DNA of 64,000 nt, taken from contig OY762007.1 in NCBI GenBank assembly GCA_963665115.1, positions 2,272,001 to 2,336,000 of the forward strand, given 5' to 3'. This document shows, in pieces, positions 31,768 through 43,427 of this stretch. The stretch's first letter is position 1. Each line of letters starts with the position of its first letter. A program made the position numbers and the translations under genes. The stretch is from an uncultured Rivularia sp. (GTDB lineage: Bacteria > Cyanobacteriota > Cyanobacteriia > Cyanobacteriales > Nostocaceae). The notes beneath the pieces are model-generated. The model ran no database searches. It worked only from the letters and a program-made list of their open reading frames with translations, and was not told where the DNA came from.

Positions 31768-33417
31768 ATGTCTAAACTTAAGCCTAAATTTTTAATTCCC
31801 GCGATTGCTGCTGCTGTAGTCATCGGCGGCGGTATCGCAACTTATTTATACTTGAAAGGCGGCCCATCGGGAGGTATTTCTGATGCTAGTGCTAGCGCTA
31901 AACTAGTTCCAGATGATGCGATGATGGCAACTTATATTGCCACAGATCCAAAACTTTGGTCAAAATTAGAAGAATTTGGTACTCCTGAAGCACAAAAATT
32001 GGTAGCTGCGGGACTAAAAAACTTGAATGAAAATTTTTCGGCAGATGACAGCATTACTTACGATAAAGACTTAAAACCTTGGGTTGGTGGTGTCATGGTA
32101 GCCGTATTACCTCCAAGTGCAGTTCAACCCGCACAGAATAAGCCTCAATCATCGCCAGAACCAAATATCCTCATGGTGGTAGGAATTAAAGACAAAGTAG
32201 AAGCTTTAAATTTTACCAACAAACTCAAGCAGCAGAAAAACGTCAAGATTAAAGAAATTAAATATAAAGGTCAAACAATCCAAGAAACCAAAGGCAAAGG
32301 AAGTCCTACATACAGCACCATATTAAACGATCGCGTATTATTTTCTCCTTCCCAGAATGCTGTAACCCAAGCAATCGACACTTCTCAAGGAGAACCTTCA
32401 TTTTTAAGTAAAACAGGTGCTTCTCAAGTTATCGGAAATGATCTCAATTTGGAGAACACTTTAGCACAAGTTTACGTACCCGATTATTCGAGTATGGTAA
32501 AGCAGTTAATTGCTACTAATCCCCAAGCGCAACAACTACCACCGCAAACCCTAGAACAGTTGAAGCAGATAAAATCCGTTGTTGCAGGGATCGGCGTTGA
32601 CGACAATGGATTGCGAGTCAAAGCAAACACCAACCTAGACGCGCAAAGAGTAAAATTCAAATACGATAAAACACCCGGTAAAGTATTAACCCAAGTCCCC
32701 CAAGATACAATCGCTCTAGTCAGTGGAGCAGGAATCAGTAAATGGTGGACGACTTTTGCAGAACAAGCAAAAGATACCCCCGAACTCAACGTAGTACTTC
32801 AACAAACACGCGGACAATTAAAATTAGTCAATATTGATTTAGATAAAGACGTATTTAGCTGGATGGATGGAGAATTTGGTATAGCCGCAATTCCTATAAA
32901 TGAAGGGCTATTAAAGCAAATTGGTTTCGGTGGTGCATTCCTATTTCACACCGGCGATCGCCAAACAGCGGAAGCCACATTTAGTAAATTAGATGCTATA
33001 GCCAAAGGGCAATCAATCAAAATAGCTCAGAAAGACATCGACGGCAAAAAAATTACCGAATGGCAAATTCCCGGACAAGGTGCATTACTAGCTCACGGTT
33101 GGCTAGATGACAAAACCGCACTACTAGCCCTCGGCGGTCCCATAGCTGAAACGCTTGTCAACAAAGAGTTTAAGCCTCTAAACGGCAGTCAAAGCTTCCA
33201 AGGAATAACGGAAACATTACCACAAGAAAACGGCGGTTACTTCTACCTCGATATGGAAAAAGCCCTACCATTCGTTACCCGTTTCTCCCCACAAACACCA
33301 GAAGCAACCGCTATCCTCAATTCCATTCGTGGAATCGGCGTTACCGCAACCAGCCCCAACAATTCCTTAACCCAAATGGAAATGTTGTTAGCGCTGAAGA
33401 AAAGCAGCGAACAGTAA
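31768..33417 (+). CDS. DUF3352-like membrane-anchored protein
   Basis: Start moved past the STRR array to MSKLKPK; N-terminal TM; DLKPWVG and FSWMDGEF patterns recalled for this family. Confidence 0.65.
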   Translation: MSKLKPKFLIPAIAAAVVIGGGIATYLYLKGGPSGGISDASASAKLVPDDAMMATYIATDPKLWSKLEEFGTPEAQKLVAAGLKNLNENFSADDSITYDKDLKPWVGGVMVAVLPPSAVQPAQNKPQSSPEPNILMVVGIKDKVEALNFTNKLKQQKNVKIKEIKYKGQTIQETKGKGSPTYSTILNDRVLFSPSQNAVTQAIDTSQGEPSFLSKTGASQVIGNDLNLENTLAQVYVPDYSSMVKQLIATNPQAQQLPPQTLEQLKQIKSVVAGIGVDDNGLRVKANTNLDAQRVKFKYDKTPGKVLTQVPQDTIALVSGAGISKWWTTFAEQAKDTPELNVVLQQTRGQLKLVNIDLDKDVFSWMDGEFGIAAIPINEGLLKQIGFGGAFLFHTGDRQTAEATFSKLDAIAKGQSIKIAQKDIDGKKITEWQIPGQGALLAHGWLDDKTALLALGGPIAETLVNKEFKPLNGSQSFQGITETLPQENGGYFYLDMEKALPFVTRFSPQTPEATAILNSIRGIGVTATSPNNSLTQMEMLLALKKSSEQ

Positions 33418-33732
33418 CCAGTTAAGAGTTAGGAGTTAGGAGTTGAAGAGAGCGGAGGAAGCGGAGGGAGTGGAGGGAACGGAGGAAGAAAATAAATAAT
33501 TAAAAGATAAAATTAATTGCTTCCTCTGCCTCCCCTGCTCTCTTCCCCTCTTCTCCCTCTTCCCCCTCTATCTCCTTATCCCATGCCCAATCCCCAATTC
33601 CCAATCCCCAATTCCCATCTTCTGTTAAATATTCTTTTCAAATTAAAACAAAATTCCCTCCAAGGCTTATTATTCTTACAGGCAAATTTTTTCCTAATTC
33701 CAAAATCAATAAATTAATTACTAATATTACTG

Positions 33733-34653
33733 ATGGTTATCGCTACAAAAAATACTATTCCGTTATCTACACGCTTGATAAATGGATTGCTGGGAATCAA
33801 GCCGCTGTACGGAATAGCTAAGCATCAAGCCCGTCAAATGATGATTAAGCGTGCGGAAAGAATTGGTGTTCCTTGGAAAAAGCAAGTAGAAGAAATGAAA
33901 ACCGTTGATTGGGAAAGTGAAATCAAGAAAGTAGAAAATCCCAATGTTTCTTATCCCGATTATTATCTTGATTCATTCCACGCTTATGAAGAAGGGAATT
34001 TAGGTTGGAAACCCGCTTTAGAATTAGAAGTAGCTGCTTTGACAGTTCACTCTACACTTTTTAATAAAGCTGGTGATAAGACAGGAGACGCAAAATTACG
34101 CGCTTCTTATCACAATGTAATCAAACCAGAAATTCCCGAGCCACAAGATATTTTAGATTTAGCTTGTGGTGTTGGTTTAAGTACCTTTGCTTTGCAAGAA
34201 ATTTATCCCCAAGCCAAAATCACAGGTTTAGATTTATCTCCCTATTTCCTGTCAGTAGCCAACCATAATTCGCAACAGCATCAAGCAAATATTGACTGGA
34301 TTCACGCAGCAGGAGAATCAACAGGTTTAGCAGATGATTCATTTGATTTGGTTTCAATTTTCCTAACTTGTCACGAATTACCCCAATCCGCGACTCGAAA
34401 AATATTTACAGAAGTAAAACGAGTATTACGTCCTAATGGTCATTTAGCAATTATGGACATGAATCCTCAGTCAGAAAATTATCAAAAAATGCCACCTTAC
34501 GTTTTTACTTTACTCAAGAGTACCGAACCCTGCTTGGATGAATATTTCACCTTAGACATCAAACAAGCCTTAATCGATGCCGGTTTCCAAGCTCCAACAA
34601 TCACTCCCAACAGCCCCCGTCATCGGACTGTGGTAGCGAGAGTTATGAAGTAA
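33733..34653 (+). CDS. class I SAM-dependent methyltransferase
   Basis: ILDLACGVG, GLDLSPY and RVLRPNG. Confidence 0.88.
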   Translation: MVIATKNTIPLSTRLINGLLGIKPLYGIAKHQARQMMIKRAERIGVPWKKQVEEMKTVDWESEIKKVENPNVSYPDYYLDSFHAYEEGNLGWKPALELEVAALTVHSTLFNKAGDKTGDAKLRASYHNVIKPEIPEPQDILDLACGVGLSTFALQEIYPQAKITGLDLSPYFLSVANHNSQQHQANIDWIHAAGESTGLADDSFDLVSIFLTCHELPQSATRKIFTEVKRVLRPNGHLAIMDMNPQSENYQKMPPYVFTLLKSTEPCLDEYFTLDIKQALIDAGFQAPTITPNSPRHRTVVARVMK

Positions 34654-34764
34654 GGGGATAGGGAGATGAGGAGACAAGGAGACATTAATCCAATATTTCC
34701 TAACTCCTAACTCCTAACTCTTTACTCCCTACTCCCTACTCCCTACTCCCTACTCCTAACTTTC

Positions 34765-35760
34765 CTACGCCCCATTTCCAATTAACAATTTACGTGCCAA
34801 TGGTTTGGGAATAAAGCTAATCAAGAATGCCGCGATAGTTCTTGGATTGAATTTTTGTTGAATCAAAGCACGCAAAAGTAAAGGTCTTGCTTCTGTTGTG
34901 TTATCATCCCGCAATAAAGCAATAGCTAAAGTAGTGTGTGCGTGTAACCATTGCTTGCGAAAGTAACTCTTGAATTCTTGTAATGCTTCGTCTTCCATGA
35001 ATTGATGAAAGCAGAAAATTGTAGCATTAGCACCTCGGATTTTAGCTTTGGTATTTTTACTACCAATATTTATGGTTTCAGATAGTGCATGGACGCGATA
35101 TTGACTCAATCTTTCTGGAGAATAATAAGCTCCACCACCATTATGACAAGCCATATAAGTTAAATATAAATCCCAGAAAGGTCCTGCTTGAGGGGGAAAC
35201 TTGTCCCAATCTATAGCATCTTTCCGAATCACTGCTGCGACAGAACTAGCTACGGCTTGATTGACTAATGCAATTTCATAAAAGGGTTGATAAACTCCTT
35301 CTTTTAATTCATTGCGCTTCCACATTTGAGTACATTCTTCTGTAGCTGCCTCATCGATATTACTATAATCATCTATTATGTAATGGTCGCAAAAAGCTAA
35401 AACCAAATCTTGATTATTCTCAAGCTGCGGAACCAGTTTTTCTAAAAAGTTTTCATTCCACGCATCATCATCGTTCAAACTGGCAATATATTTGCCTTGC
35501 GCTTCTTTAATAGTAGCAATAATATTGCCAGCTACTCCCAAATTAGTTGGATTACGACGAAATCGAACTCGTGGGTCATCAAAAGATTCTACTATCGCCT
35601 GTGGGCTTTCTGGGCTGCAATCGTCGGATACAATAATTTCAATATTTTTATAAGTTTGATTGAGAGCGCTTTGAATCGCTTGTTTCAGGTACATTGAGCG
35701 ATTGTAAACCGGCACGATCGCGCTAACTAAAGGCTGTTGAGAATCCATTTGTAAGGACAT
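34765..35760 (-). CDS. glycosyltransferase family 2
   Basis: VSAIVPVYNR, VSDDCS and LNDDD. Confidence 0.88.
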   Translation of the reverse strand: MSLQMDSQQPLVSAIVPVYNRSMYLKQAIQSALNQTYKNIEIIVSDDCSPESPQAIVESFDDPRVRFRRNPTNLGVAGNIIATIKEAQGKYIASLNDDDAWNENFLEKLVPQLENNQDLVLAFCDHYIIDDYSNIDEAATEECTQMWKRNELKEGVYQPFYEIALVNQAVASSVAAVIRKDAIDWDKFPPQAGPFWDLYLTYMACHNGGGAYYSPERLSQYRVHALSETINIGSKNTKAKIRGANATIFCFHQFMEDEALQEFKSYFRKQWLHAHTTLAIALLRDDNTTEARPLLLRALIQQKFNPRTIAAFLISFIPKPLARKLLIGNGA

Positions 35761-36072
35761 AACTTTAATTGCTAATTTTCAATAAGTAGATATTGATAAT
35801 TGATAAAAGAGATGAAATAAAAATGTATATTCATCATTTGAAGAATATACACCTCCATCAACCTTTAATGAAAGCAGATTTAGTAAGAAACAGCCCTGAA
35901 ATAATCACGAATAAAATTACTTATACCGTTTTTGTTAAATTATAAATACTAAATTGAATAACTACCAACGTCTAAAGACATATATTTTGAATACAGTATA
36001 TTTTGGTTCTTCTGTACTTGTTGTTTGAATAAAATAGTCGTAAAAAAGGGTTGGGGTATTTAAAATCAAATT

Positions 36073-36095
36073 AACCCTAAGAATTTCTTAGGGTT
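36073..36095. terminator. perfect 23-bp palindrome downstream of the queD-like gene (possible terminator)
   Basis: AACCCTAAGAA-T-TTCTTAGGGTT. Confidence 0.45.
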
Positions 36096-36124
36096 CGACA
36101 TCAAAAATTTATGGTTTATGTAAC

Positions 36125-36998
36125 TTATAGCCGTATTAAAGCAGGTTCTTCTGTTTTCCCTGGACTATAGTTAGATTCTAGATTATTACAATAAATTTCA
36201 CAGGAGTTATTCGGACTTTCGATAAGTTTAACCTTGTAAAGATTTGCTCCTAATTTTGCGATCGGTTGACGCAATCTATTGTTGATGTAAAGTGCTATAT
36301 TTTCGGCAGTGGGAACTACCTCGGCAAAATAAGGAATATCTTTGTTGAGGAAAGTATGGTCGAATGGTTCAATTACATAATCGTCTATGACTTTATTCAA
36401 AGCGCCTAAATCGACTAACATACCAGTACGCTCGGCAACTTCACCTTTGACGGTAATTTCTAAATGGTAATTGTGTCCGTGTCCGTTAGGACGAGCGCAC
36501 TTACCGTAAATCTCCAAGTTTTCCTCTTTACTCAATTTAGGACTAGCTAATCTGTGAGCCGCGCTAAAGTGAGTACCTACAGTAAGATAAGCTTCCATTG
36601 AATTTCCCATATAATCAGCCCAAAGTTGAGGATGTTCAAATAACTGCACGCGAACTATAGGTAAATAAGACGATAATCGTTTGTAGATAACCCGTGCAAT
36701 ATTTTCAGTTGTCGGTAAAATTTGCTGAAACTCTTCCCAGACATCGTTGAGATAGGAAAAGTCTAATTGACTGGTGACTTCCCTTTTTATTACCTGTTTA
36801 ACGTCAGACAAGTTGAGTACCATCCCATATTCATTTAACTCCCCTTGAAGAGAGATAAATAAAACATAGTTGTGTCCGTGTCCCAGGAAAATTAGCACAA
36901 GCACCAAATTTTTCAATATTATCTGCTTCGCTTAGCTCGGGGAAAAAATACCGATGGCTTGCCGAAAACTGAGCGCGGCGATTTACAATGCATTGCAT
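36125..36998 (-). CDS. tandem-domain 6-pyruvoyl-tetrahydropterin synthase/QueD family; +1 frameshift near 36883
   Basis: True start MQCIVNRRAQFSASHRY at 36998; two FSAxHR...C...GHGHNY...TxEN units; removing one base at 36882-36884 restores FPGHGHNY. Confidence 0.85.
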
Positions 36999-37138
36999 GA
37001 GTATCTAGAAAACAGAATTTAAGATTCTTAACGTTTCACTGCTTCCAGCATAAACTAAATCTTGTACCAAGTGCGTTTTAAGGAGTTAGGAGTTAGGAAT
37101 AATTAAGGTTAAAGGTTAAAATTCTCCTTGTCCCCTTG

Positions 37139-38365
37139 TCACGCAACTTTCACCGGAATCTGAATTACAAACTCCGTACCTTCACCTTCCGAAGAGAAAC
37201 ATTCTAAAGTTCCACCATGAGTTTCTGTAATAATCTGATAGCTAATCGAAAGCCCTAAACCAGTGCCTTTTCCTTCTGGTTTAGTAGTAAAAAAAGCATT
37301 AAATAAGTTATTTCGCACTTTCTCAGACATTCCATAACCATTATCAGCAATAATAATTTTTACGCTATTATCATTGATTAATTGTGTGGTAATACGAATT
37401 TGAGGAATAAAAAATTCTTTGTTTTTCGCTTTATCTTCAAATACATCAATAGCATTTGCAAGTAAATTCATGAATACTTGATTAAGTTGTCCCGGAAAGC
37501 ATTCAATTTCAGGTAGCTCGCCGTACTCTTTGATAACTTCAACTTTGGGATGAACTTCATTAGCTTTTAATCGATGACATAAAATCATTAAAGTTGTATC
37601 GATACCTTGATGAATATCGGCATTTTTTCGGTATGTTGCATCTTTACGTGAAAACTTACGTAGCGACTGCATAATATCGCTGATGCGCTCAATTCCCATA
37701 TTCATTGAAACAATCATTTTTGGTAAATCTTCTAATAAAAAATCTAAATCGATTGCATCAATTTTATTTGTAATTTCTTCTGGTGTATTTGGTAAATTTC
37801 TTTGATAAAGGTTTAATAAACTAATTAAGTCTTGTATGTAATTACCTGCATATTCTAAATTCCCGGCGATGAAGCCGACAGGATTTTTTACCTCATGGGC
37901 AACACCGGCGACTAATTGCCCCAAAGATGAGATTTTCTCAGCTTGCATTAATTTGAATTGGGATATTTGTAATTGACGATTCAAATTTCGTAATTTTAAC
38001 TGTACGTTGACTCGCGCAACTACTTCCTCCTGCTGAAATGGTTTAGTAATATAGTCTACCGCTCCAACTTTAAATCCTTTGATTTTATCTGCCGTATCTG
38101 TAAGAGCCGTCATGAAAATTACTGGAATATCCTTTGTTTTTTCATCCGCTTTCAACCGGATACAAGTTTCAAATCCATCCATTCCCGGCATCATAATATC
38201 TAGTAAGATTAAGTCGGGAGAGATATTTTCTAGTTGGTTCAACGCATTTTCACCATTACTAGCAACCGCCACGCAATGTCCGTGTACTTGCATGACATCA
38301 GATAAGATATTAAGGTTATTAATCTTATCATCAACAATTAAAATCAGGCTTTTTTGTATTTCCAT
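37139..38365 (-). CDS. hybrid receiver-histidine kinase
   Basis: ILIVDD, LLDIMMPGMDG, DYITKPF, VAHEVKNP and GKGTGLGL. Confidence 0.9.
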   Translation of the reverse strand: MEIQKSLILIVDDKINNLNILSDVMQVHGHCVAVASNGENALNQLENISPDLILLDIMMPGMDGFETCIRLKADEKTKDIPVIFMTALTDTADKIKGFKVGAVDYITKPFQQEEVVARVNVQLKLRNLNRQLQISQFKLMQAEKISSLGQLVAGVAHEVKNPVGFIAGNLEYAGNYIQDLISLLNLYQRNLPNTPEEITNKIDAIDLDFLLEDLPKMIVSMNMGIERISDIMQSLRKFSRKDATYRKNADIHQGIDTTLMILCHRLKANEVHPKVEVIKEYGELPEIECFPGQLNQVFMNLLANAIDVFEDKAKNKEFFIPQIRITTQLINDNSVKIIIADNGYGMSEKVRNNLFNAFFTTKPEGKGTGLGLSISYQIITETHGGTLECFSSEGEGTEFVIQIPVKVA

Positions 38366-38801
38366 TATCTGGGCGTTGAATAACTTGATGGCGCTTGCTT
38401 GAAAATGCCCCTTTTATCAAAGTCTTTACTTAGCTGTAATAACTTTATAATTAGTATAAAGTTTTCTATTCAACTGTAATACATTTATTTTAAATAATTC
38501 TAATTTAATCTCCTAATATCTCAATAATTAATAGATATTCTAATTAGTTAGTTTTCGTTACTGCAAACAATTACTGTTAGAGCGGTTCTATCTTTAATCG
38601 TTCGATAATTTTATAGTAATTAGAAAAAAAATGGTATTCTAATATGTAGCAAAAAAACAAGTGTATTACTGCAAAGAAAAGAATAATATCTTAATAATAA
38701 TATTTATATTAGACTGCCATCTAAATTAATTACTTTTATCTTTCAAAAAAGTTGCTTACTGTGTTTGCAAAATAAATCTCCGGCAAAAAAATAGTTGCTA
38801 T

Positions 38802-39500
38802 TTATTTGTAAGCACCCATAGAATCTTGTGTTTCATAATACAATTGAGTCGCAATGCGAAACATTTCTTGTCCTGCGTGCAAGTAACTTTCATCGAAATT
38901 TAGAGGAAAATATTTTAACTCTCCCAAACCATCACTAATTTGACTCAAAGTATAGTAAAGATGGGCCGCAGCTTGCGCTAAAGTAGGAGGATTAGGGAAA
39001 GAATGAAAAGTAGTTTGTGCTTGTTTAAGGTCTTCTGCACAATTTTGCAAATAGTCCCCAAACTCTTCTAACAGATCATCATCAAAGGGATCTGCTGCTA
39101 AGTTTTCAATTTGTTCGTCTAATGAATCAAGAATTCCGCATACAAACCGATTAACTGGCTGATATACAAAGCGCAGCCATTCCTCAACCTGCTCGTCGGC
39201 ATTCCGTCTCGTCTTGCGTTTCTTTTTGTATTGTTGTTGTGCTGTTTGAGTCCGTTGCTGTCTTTTGCTATTTCTTTTCTCAAAACTGTAATGAAGTTGC
39301 CTGTCATAAGACTCACGACTTTGAGTATCGCCCAAAACTTCATAAGCAGCATTTATACGAATAATTTTTTCCCTATCTGCTGCTTCTTGATTCACATCAG
39401 GATGAAATAACTTTACCAAGCGGCGATAAGCTTGCTTTATTTCCGCTTGGCTTGCATTTTGCTCTATATTAAGAGTTTGGTAGTGATTAGATTGTGGCAT
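38802..39500 (-). CDS. DnaJ-domain protein
   Basis: N-terminal J domain with FHPD and INAAYEVLGD. Confidence 0.9.
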   Translation of the reverse strand: MPQSNHYQTLNIEQNASQAEIKQAYRRLVKLFHPDVNQEAADREKIIRINAAYEVLGDTQSRESYDRQLHYSFEKRNSKRQQRTQTAQQQYKKKRKTRRNADEQVEEWLRFVYQPVNRFVCGILDSLDEQIENLAADPFDDDLLEEFGDYLQNCAEDLKQAQTTFHSFPNPPTLAQAAAHLYYTLSQISDGLGELKYFPLNFDESYLHAGQEMFRIATQLYYETQDSMGAYK

Positions 39501-39515
39501 TATTCCGATTTATCG

Positions 39516-40478
39516 TTAGCTGATGCTACTAACTGGCTTGACTTCCAAATCTTGGAACAGCGGCGTACTTAAATATCTTTCTCCGAAGCTGGGCTGAATT
39601 AATACAATTAAGCGTCCTTGGTTTTCCTTACGCTTGGCAACCCTAATTGCCGCACATAAAGCCGCTCCCGTTGAAATACCCGACAATAATCCTTCTTCTC
39701 TAGCCAATCGTCGCCCGTATGCGATCGCCTCACTATCGGTAACAGAAATTACTTCGTCAATTAATTCAACTTTCAGTATCTGAGGAACAAATCCCGCTCC
39801 AATTCCTTGGATTTTGTGAGGTCCTGGTCTTCCTCCCGACAACACGGGACTCGAAGCCGGTTCAACGGCGATCGCCTTAAAATCTGGTTTACGTGTTTTA
39901 ATGACTTCGGCGATACCCGTTATTGTTCCCCCCGTTCCTATCCCAGCTACAATCATATCCAGCTTACCATCTGTATCCTGCCATATTTCGACCGCAGTTG
40001 TATCTCTGTGTATTTTCGCATTCGCAGGGTTACGGAACTGTTGCAGCATATACGCATGAGGAGTAGTATCAACAATTTTTTGCGCTTGCATAATTGCTCC
40101 ACTCATGCCTTCAATTCCCGGTGTTAAATGTAGTTCCGCTCCATAAGCTCGCAACATTGCCCTTCTTTCGGAACTCATTGTATCTGGCATTGTTAACACC
40201 AAACGATAACCTTTTGCAGCAGCAACCATTGCTAAGGCTATTCCTGTATTTCCAGAAGTCGGTTCCACCAATAAGGTTTTTCCAGGAGTAATCAAACCTT
40301 CTTCTTCAGCGGCATTAATCATATTAGTGCCAATTCGATCTTTTACCGATGCTGCTGGATTCATACTTTCCAACTTCATCACAATGTTCGCCACACAACC
40401 GTACTCTTGCGGAATGCGATTAAGTTGCACTAAAGGAGTCCGACCAACAAGTTCTGTAATATTACGAGCAATACGCAT
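39516..40478 (-). CDS. cysK: cysteine synthase A
   Basis: [20 protein letters not shown] and HKIQGIG. Confidence 0.95.
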   Translation of the reverse strand: MRIARNITELVGRTPLVQLNRIPQEYGCVANIVMKLESMNPAASVKDRIGTNMINAAEEEGLITPGKTLLVEPTSGNTGIALAMVAAAKGYRLVLTMPDTMSSERRAMLRAYGAELHLTPGIEGMSGAIMQAQKIVDTTPHAYMLQQFRNPANAKIHRDTTAVEIWQDTDGKLDMIVAGIGTGGTITGIAEVIKTRKPDFKAIAVEPASSPVLSGGRPGPHKIQGIGAGFVPQILKVELIDEVISVTDSEAIAYGRRLAREEGLLSGISTGAALCAAIRVAKRKENQGRLIVLIQPSFGERYLSTPLFQDLEVKPVSSIS

Positions 40479-40810
40479 TTTCTATGTTCAATTTATTTAA
40501 AATTGGGTATTGGGCATTGGGTATTGGGAATTGAGAATTGGGAACAGAAAACATAAAAATGCCCCATCCAATTATGTATGTTCTAATTTTTGTTTTAATT
40601 CACCGCCATTAGAACAGGCTATCCCATCTATCCCACAAGAGTTATATTTTTGAATTGTATCCAAATCAAAGCTTAATATATATGCTATGGATAGCTTACA
40701 TTTTTATGAATCTATAATTAAACGGTAAATAATTAATTCAATGTAATCACTAATTTTTTATCATACCTTGCCCCACGTCCCATGCCCAATTTCCCATGCC
40801 CCATTTAAAA

Positions 40811-41251
40811 TCAAATGTAATACATAATATCTAAATGCTTTTGGGAGTCCCGCTTTTCACACAAATCTAGAAGCGTATATTTTTGTAATACCAAGTTAGC
40901 AGCTTGACGTGCTTCTTCCCAAACATCTTCTACAACAGCACTATCAGAAGTTTTGGGTTTACTGTCTTCTTCACAGTTTTGTAACTTGTCAAGCCCTTCC
41001 ACACATACAAAAACATCAAATAAAGTAATTTTCCAAGGTTCTCGTGTCAAAAAATAGCCGCCCTTAGAACCGCGTTGACTTTTAACAAGTCCACCACGTC
41101 TCAATGTTGCGAGCAACTGTTCTAAATAACGGTCGGGTATATTTTGTTTCGCTGCAATTTGTCGAATTTGCAATGGCTCCCCTTTTTGGTAATGAGTTGC
41201 TAATTCTAATAACGCCAAAATTGCATATTCTGATTTACACGATAGTTCCAC
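40811..41251 (-). CDS. Rrf2-family transcriptional regulator (CymR-like by context)
   Basis: YLEQLL...VKSQRGSKGGY; lies upstream of cysK. Confidence 0.88.
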   Translation of the reverse strand: MELSCKSEYAILALLELATHYQKGEPLQIRQIAAKQNIPDRYLEQLLATLRRGGLVKSQRGSKGGYFLTREPWKITLFDVFVCVEGLDKLQNCEEDSKPKTSDSAVVEDVWEEARQAANLVLQKYTLLDLCEKRDSQKHLDIMYYI

Positions 41252-41567
41252 AAGCAGTTTTGATAAAAGTTAAGGATTGGGAGTTGGGAGTTGGGAGTTG
41301 GGAGTTAGGAATTACAATATCAAAGCTTTCAAAAATGATTCTTAATTTTTTATAGTTATAATCGTTTTTGCTGAGGAAACAGATGGTTGGGAGTAGGAGC
41401 GTCTCGCTCCCTAACGATTAAAAAAAGGCTTTAATTTTACTAATAACCAAGATAATGGCAATACTTATCAATATTTAATTCTAATTTACACAATTCCTAA
41501 CTCATCACTCCTAACTTTCTTTAGTATACTCCGGTTCTCCACTGGGGTTTGCTGCTTTCCCTTTACA

Positions 41568-41601
41568 AATAAATTGCTCCCCATTGATTAACGGGGAGCA
41601 A
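41568..41601 (-). terminator. intrinsic terminator after the porin gene
   Basis: 9-bp stem TTGCTCCCC/GGGGAGCAA followed by a T-rich tract on the minus strand. Confidence 0.7.
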
Positions 41602-41634
41602 CTTATATCAAGCTGTCATATTTTCGTTAGTAAT

Positions 41635-43407
41635 CTAGAACGTAAAGGTTGTTCTGAGAGTACCGATGAATACATCGTCGCTATCTTCATTCTGCCCGGA
41701 AGAGGTCTGATAAACAACTCCAGGTGTGATAGAAACGTTATCGTTTACACGATACTTGTAGAATCCTTCGATGTGATAAGGAACATCACCATCTTCAGTA
41801 GAACGACCAGCTAAGTTTCTATTGATGGAATAGGGTTGAGCGCCTCCGAAGAAACCTAAAACGTTACCTCTTCCACCAAAGTCAGGTAAAGCTAAACCAG
41901 CACCCCAACTCCAAGCTTCAAAGTCATCACCAGCTCCAAATCCAGTCACATCATGATAAGAAACAAAGCCACTTACCGAGATCTTATCGCTAGGTCTGAT
42001 TGCAGCAGCCAAACCGTAGGAATTACTCGAAGATGGGTTTTCAAGCAAGTTTGCTTGTGCGGTACCAACAACAGGAACGTTTGCACCTCCGAATCCACCA
42101 GCATCAAACAAAGCACTACCCGCACCGTGATAGCCATGAACGTAAGTTGCAGCTAATGCAACGCGGCTATTTAGGTTAAAGTTCAACTGTCCGAGTGCAG
42201 CGTAGTTACCGTTGAATACACCAGAACCGATACCAGGGTTGCTAGGTTCAGAACCCAAGTAACCTACGGTTAAAGAGCTTCCACGAAGAGGACCGCCACC
42301 TTTACCAAACTTGAAATTCAACGCCGCACCGGCACCACCACCAATACGGTAGATGGGACTTTCGGAAGCGAAGGTAGACAAGGCACCATTACCACCGTCG
42401 TAATCCTCGAAGTAAGGATTAACTGTAGCAACATAGTCGCTATGAATACCGCCAGTAGCAGCTACATAAAGTTGTGCAGGGCCGAGCTTGGTGTAGTAAG
42501 CCAACCAGTCTAAGTAAACGTCATTGCTGTTAGTCGGATCGCCAGTTAAGTTAAAGGTTTGAAAGTTTTCACCACTAAAGGCATCGCCATTCGTATTCAA
42601 ACGTTGGGCATTACCAGTAGCCAAACGGGTGTGTAAAACATCTTTACCAGTGAAACTGGTCTGCAAATCCAAGCGAATTCTGTTTTGGAAGACGGTATTG
42701 TTGTTATCGTCTACGCTATCGCCAAAAGCATCGGTTAACGCGAAAATCGCTTCACCAGCTAACTTGGTTGTTGTAGAGAATTGATTAGATTCCAATTCAG
42801 CTGTACGAGCTTCTAAAGCATCTACTCTTCCGCGTAAAGTAGCTAGTTCAGCAGAAAATTCTTCCTGCAAACGCTGTAAAGTTGCCAAATCTTCTCTGGT
42901 AACAATATCAGCAGTAGCAGTTGCTATTAATTCGTTAACTCTGTCCAGACAAGCATTCAAACCTGCGGCAAATTCATAACGAGTTAAAGCACGGTTTCCA
43001 CGATAGGTACCGTTAGGATAACCAGCGATACAGCCATAACGCTCAACCAAGGATTGTAGAGCTTGGAAAGCCCAATCTGTTGGCTGTACGTCGGAAAACT
43101 GAGAAACGGAAGTTACCTGAGATTGACTTCCATTCTCTTGTCCTTCACTACTGTACTGATTTACTTCTTGTAAAACGTTGTCTTCAGTTTGTTGAGCCTG
43201 AGCCAGCGTTTGTGTTTGTTGAGACTCAAAAGAAGCTGAAAATACAGATGGAGCTTCAGTTCCTGACTTCTCGGTTTGAAAAACTTCAGCACTAACTGCT
43301 TCAGATTCGGTAGCACTGGGAGCCGCGATCGCAGTTGTTGAAACTAGCAATGAAGCTCCGAAAACCGCTTGACTTAACGCTAAGGATTTCCACAAAATAT
43401 TAGACAT
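41635..43407 (-). CDS. SLH-domain outer-membrane porin (OprB/Som-type)
   Basis: Signal peptide, VTSVSQFSDVQPTDWAFQALQSLVERYGC, FSTTTKL and terminal LRTTFTF; start MSNILWK with a GAGG SD. Confidence 0.92.
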   Translation of the reverse strand: MSNILWKSLALSQAVFGASLLVSTTAIAAPSATESEAVSAEVFQTEKSGTEAPSVFSASFESQQTQTLAQAQQTEDNVLQEVNQYSSEGQENGSQSQVTSVSQFSDVQPTDWAFQALQSLVERYGCIAGYPNGTYRGNRALTRYEFAAGLNACLDRVNELIATATADIVTREDLATLQRLQEEFSAELATLRGRVDALEARTAELESNQFSTTTKLAGEAIFALTDAFGDSVDDNNNTVFQNRIRLDLQTSFTGKDVLHTRLATGNAQRLNTNGDAFSGENFQTFNLTGDPTNSNDVYLDWLAYYTKLGPAQLYVAATGGIHSDYVATVNPYFEDYDGGNGALSTFASESPIYRIGGGAGAALNFKFGKGGGPLRGSSLTVGYLGSEPSNPGIGSGVFNGNYAALGQLNFNLNSRVALAATYVHGYHGAGSALFDAGGFGGANVPVVGTAQANLLENPSSSNSYGLAAAIRPSDKISVSGFVSYHDVTGFGAGDDFEAWSWGAGLALPDFGGRGNVLGFFGGAQPYSINRNLAGRSTEDGDVPYHIEGFYKYRVNDNVSITPGVVYQTSSGQNEDSDDVFIGTLRTTFTF

Positions 43408-43417
43408 TATTCCTCTT

Positions 43418-43427
43418 CTCCTCACAC
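43418..43427 (-). promoter_or_regulatory. putative Yfr1 sRNA target site in the porin 5' UTR
   Basis: mRNA GUGUGAGGAG, 11-20 nt before the start, is complementary to the conserved Yfr1 motif ACUCCUCACAC. Confidence 0.65.

Noticed and set aside
41522..41550. Imperfect palindrome ATACTCCGGT...ACTGGGGTTT upstream of the Rrf2 gene
   Set aside because: Could be an autoregulatory site, but a single imperfect instance is not enough.
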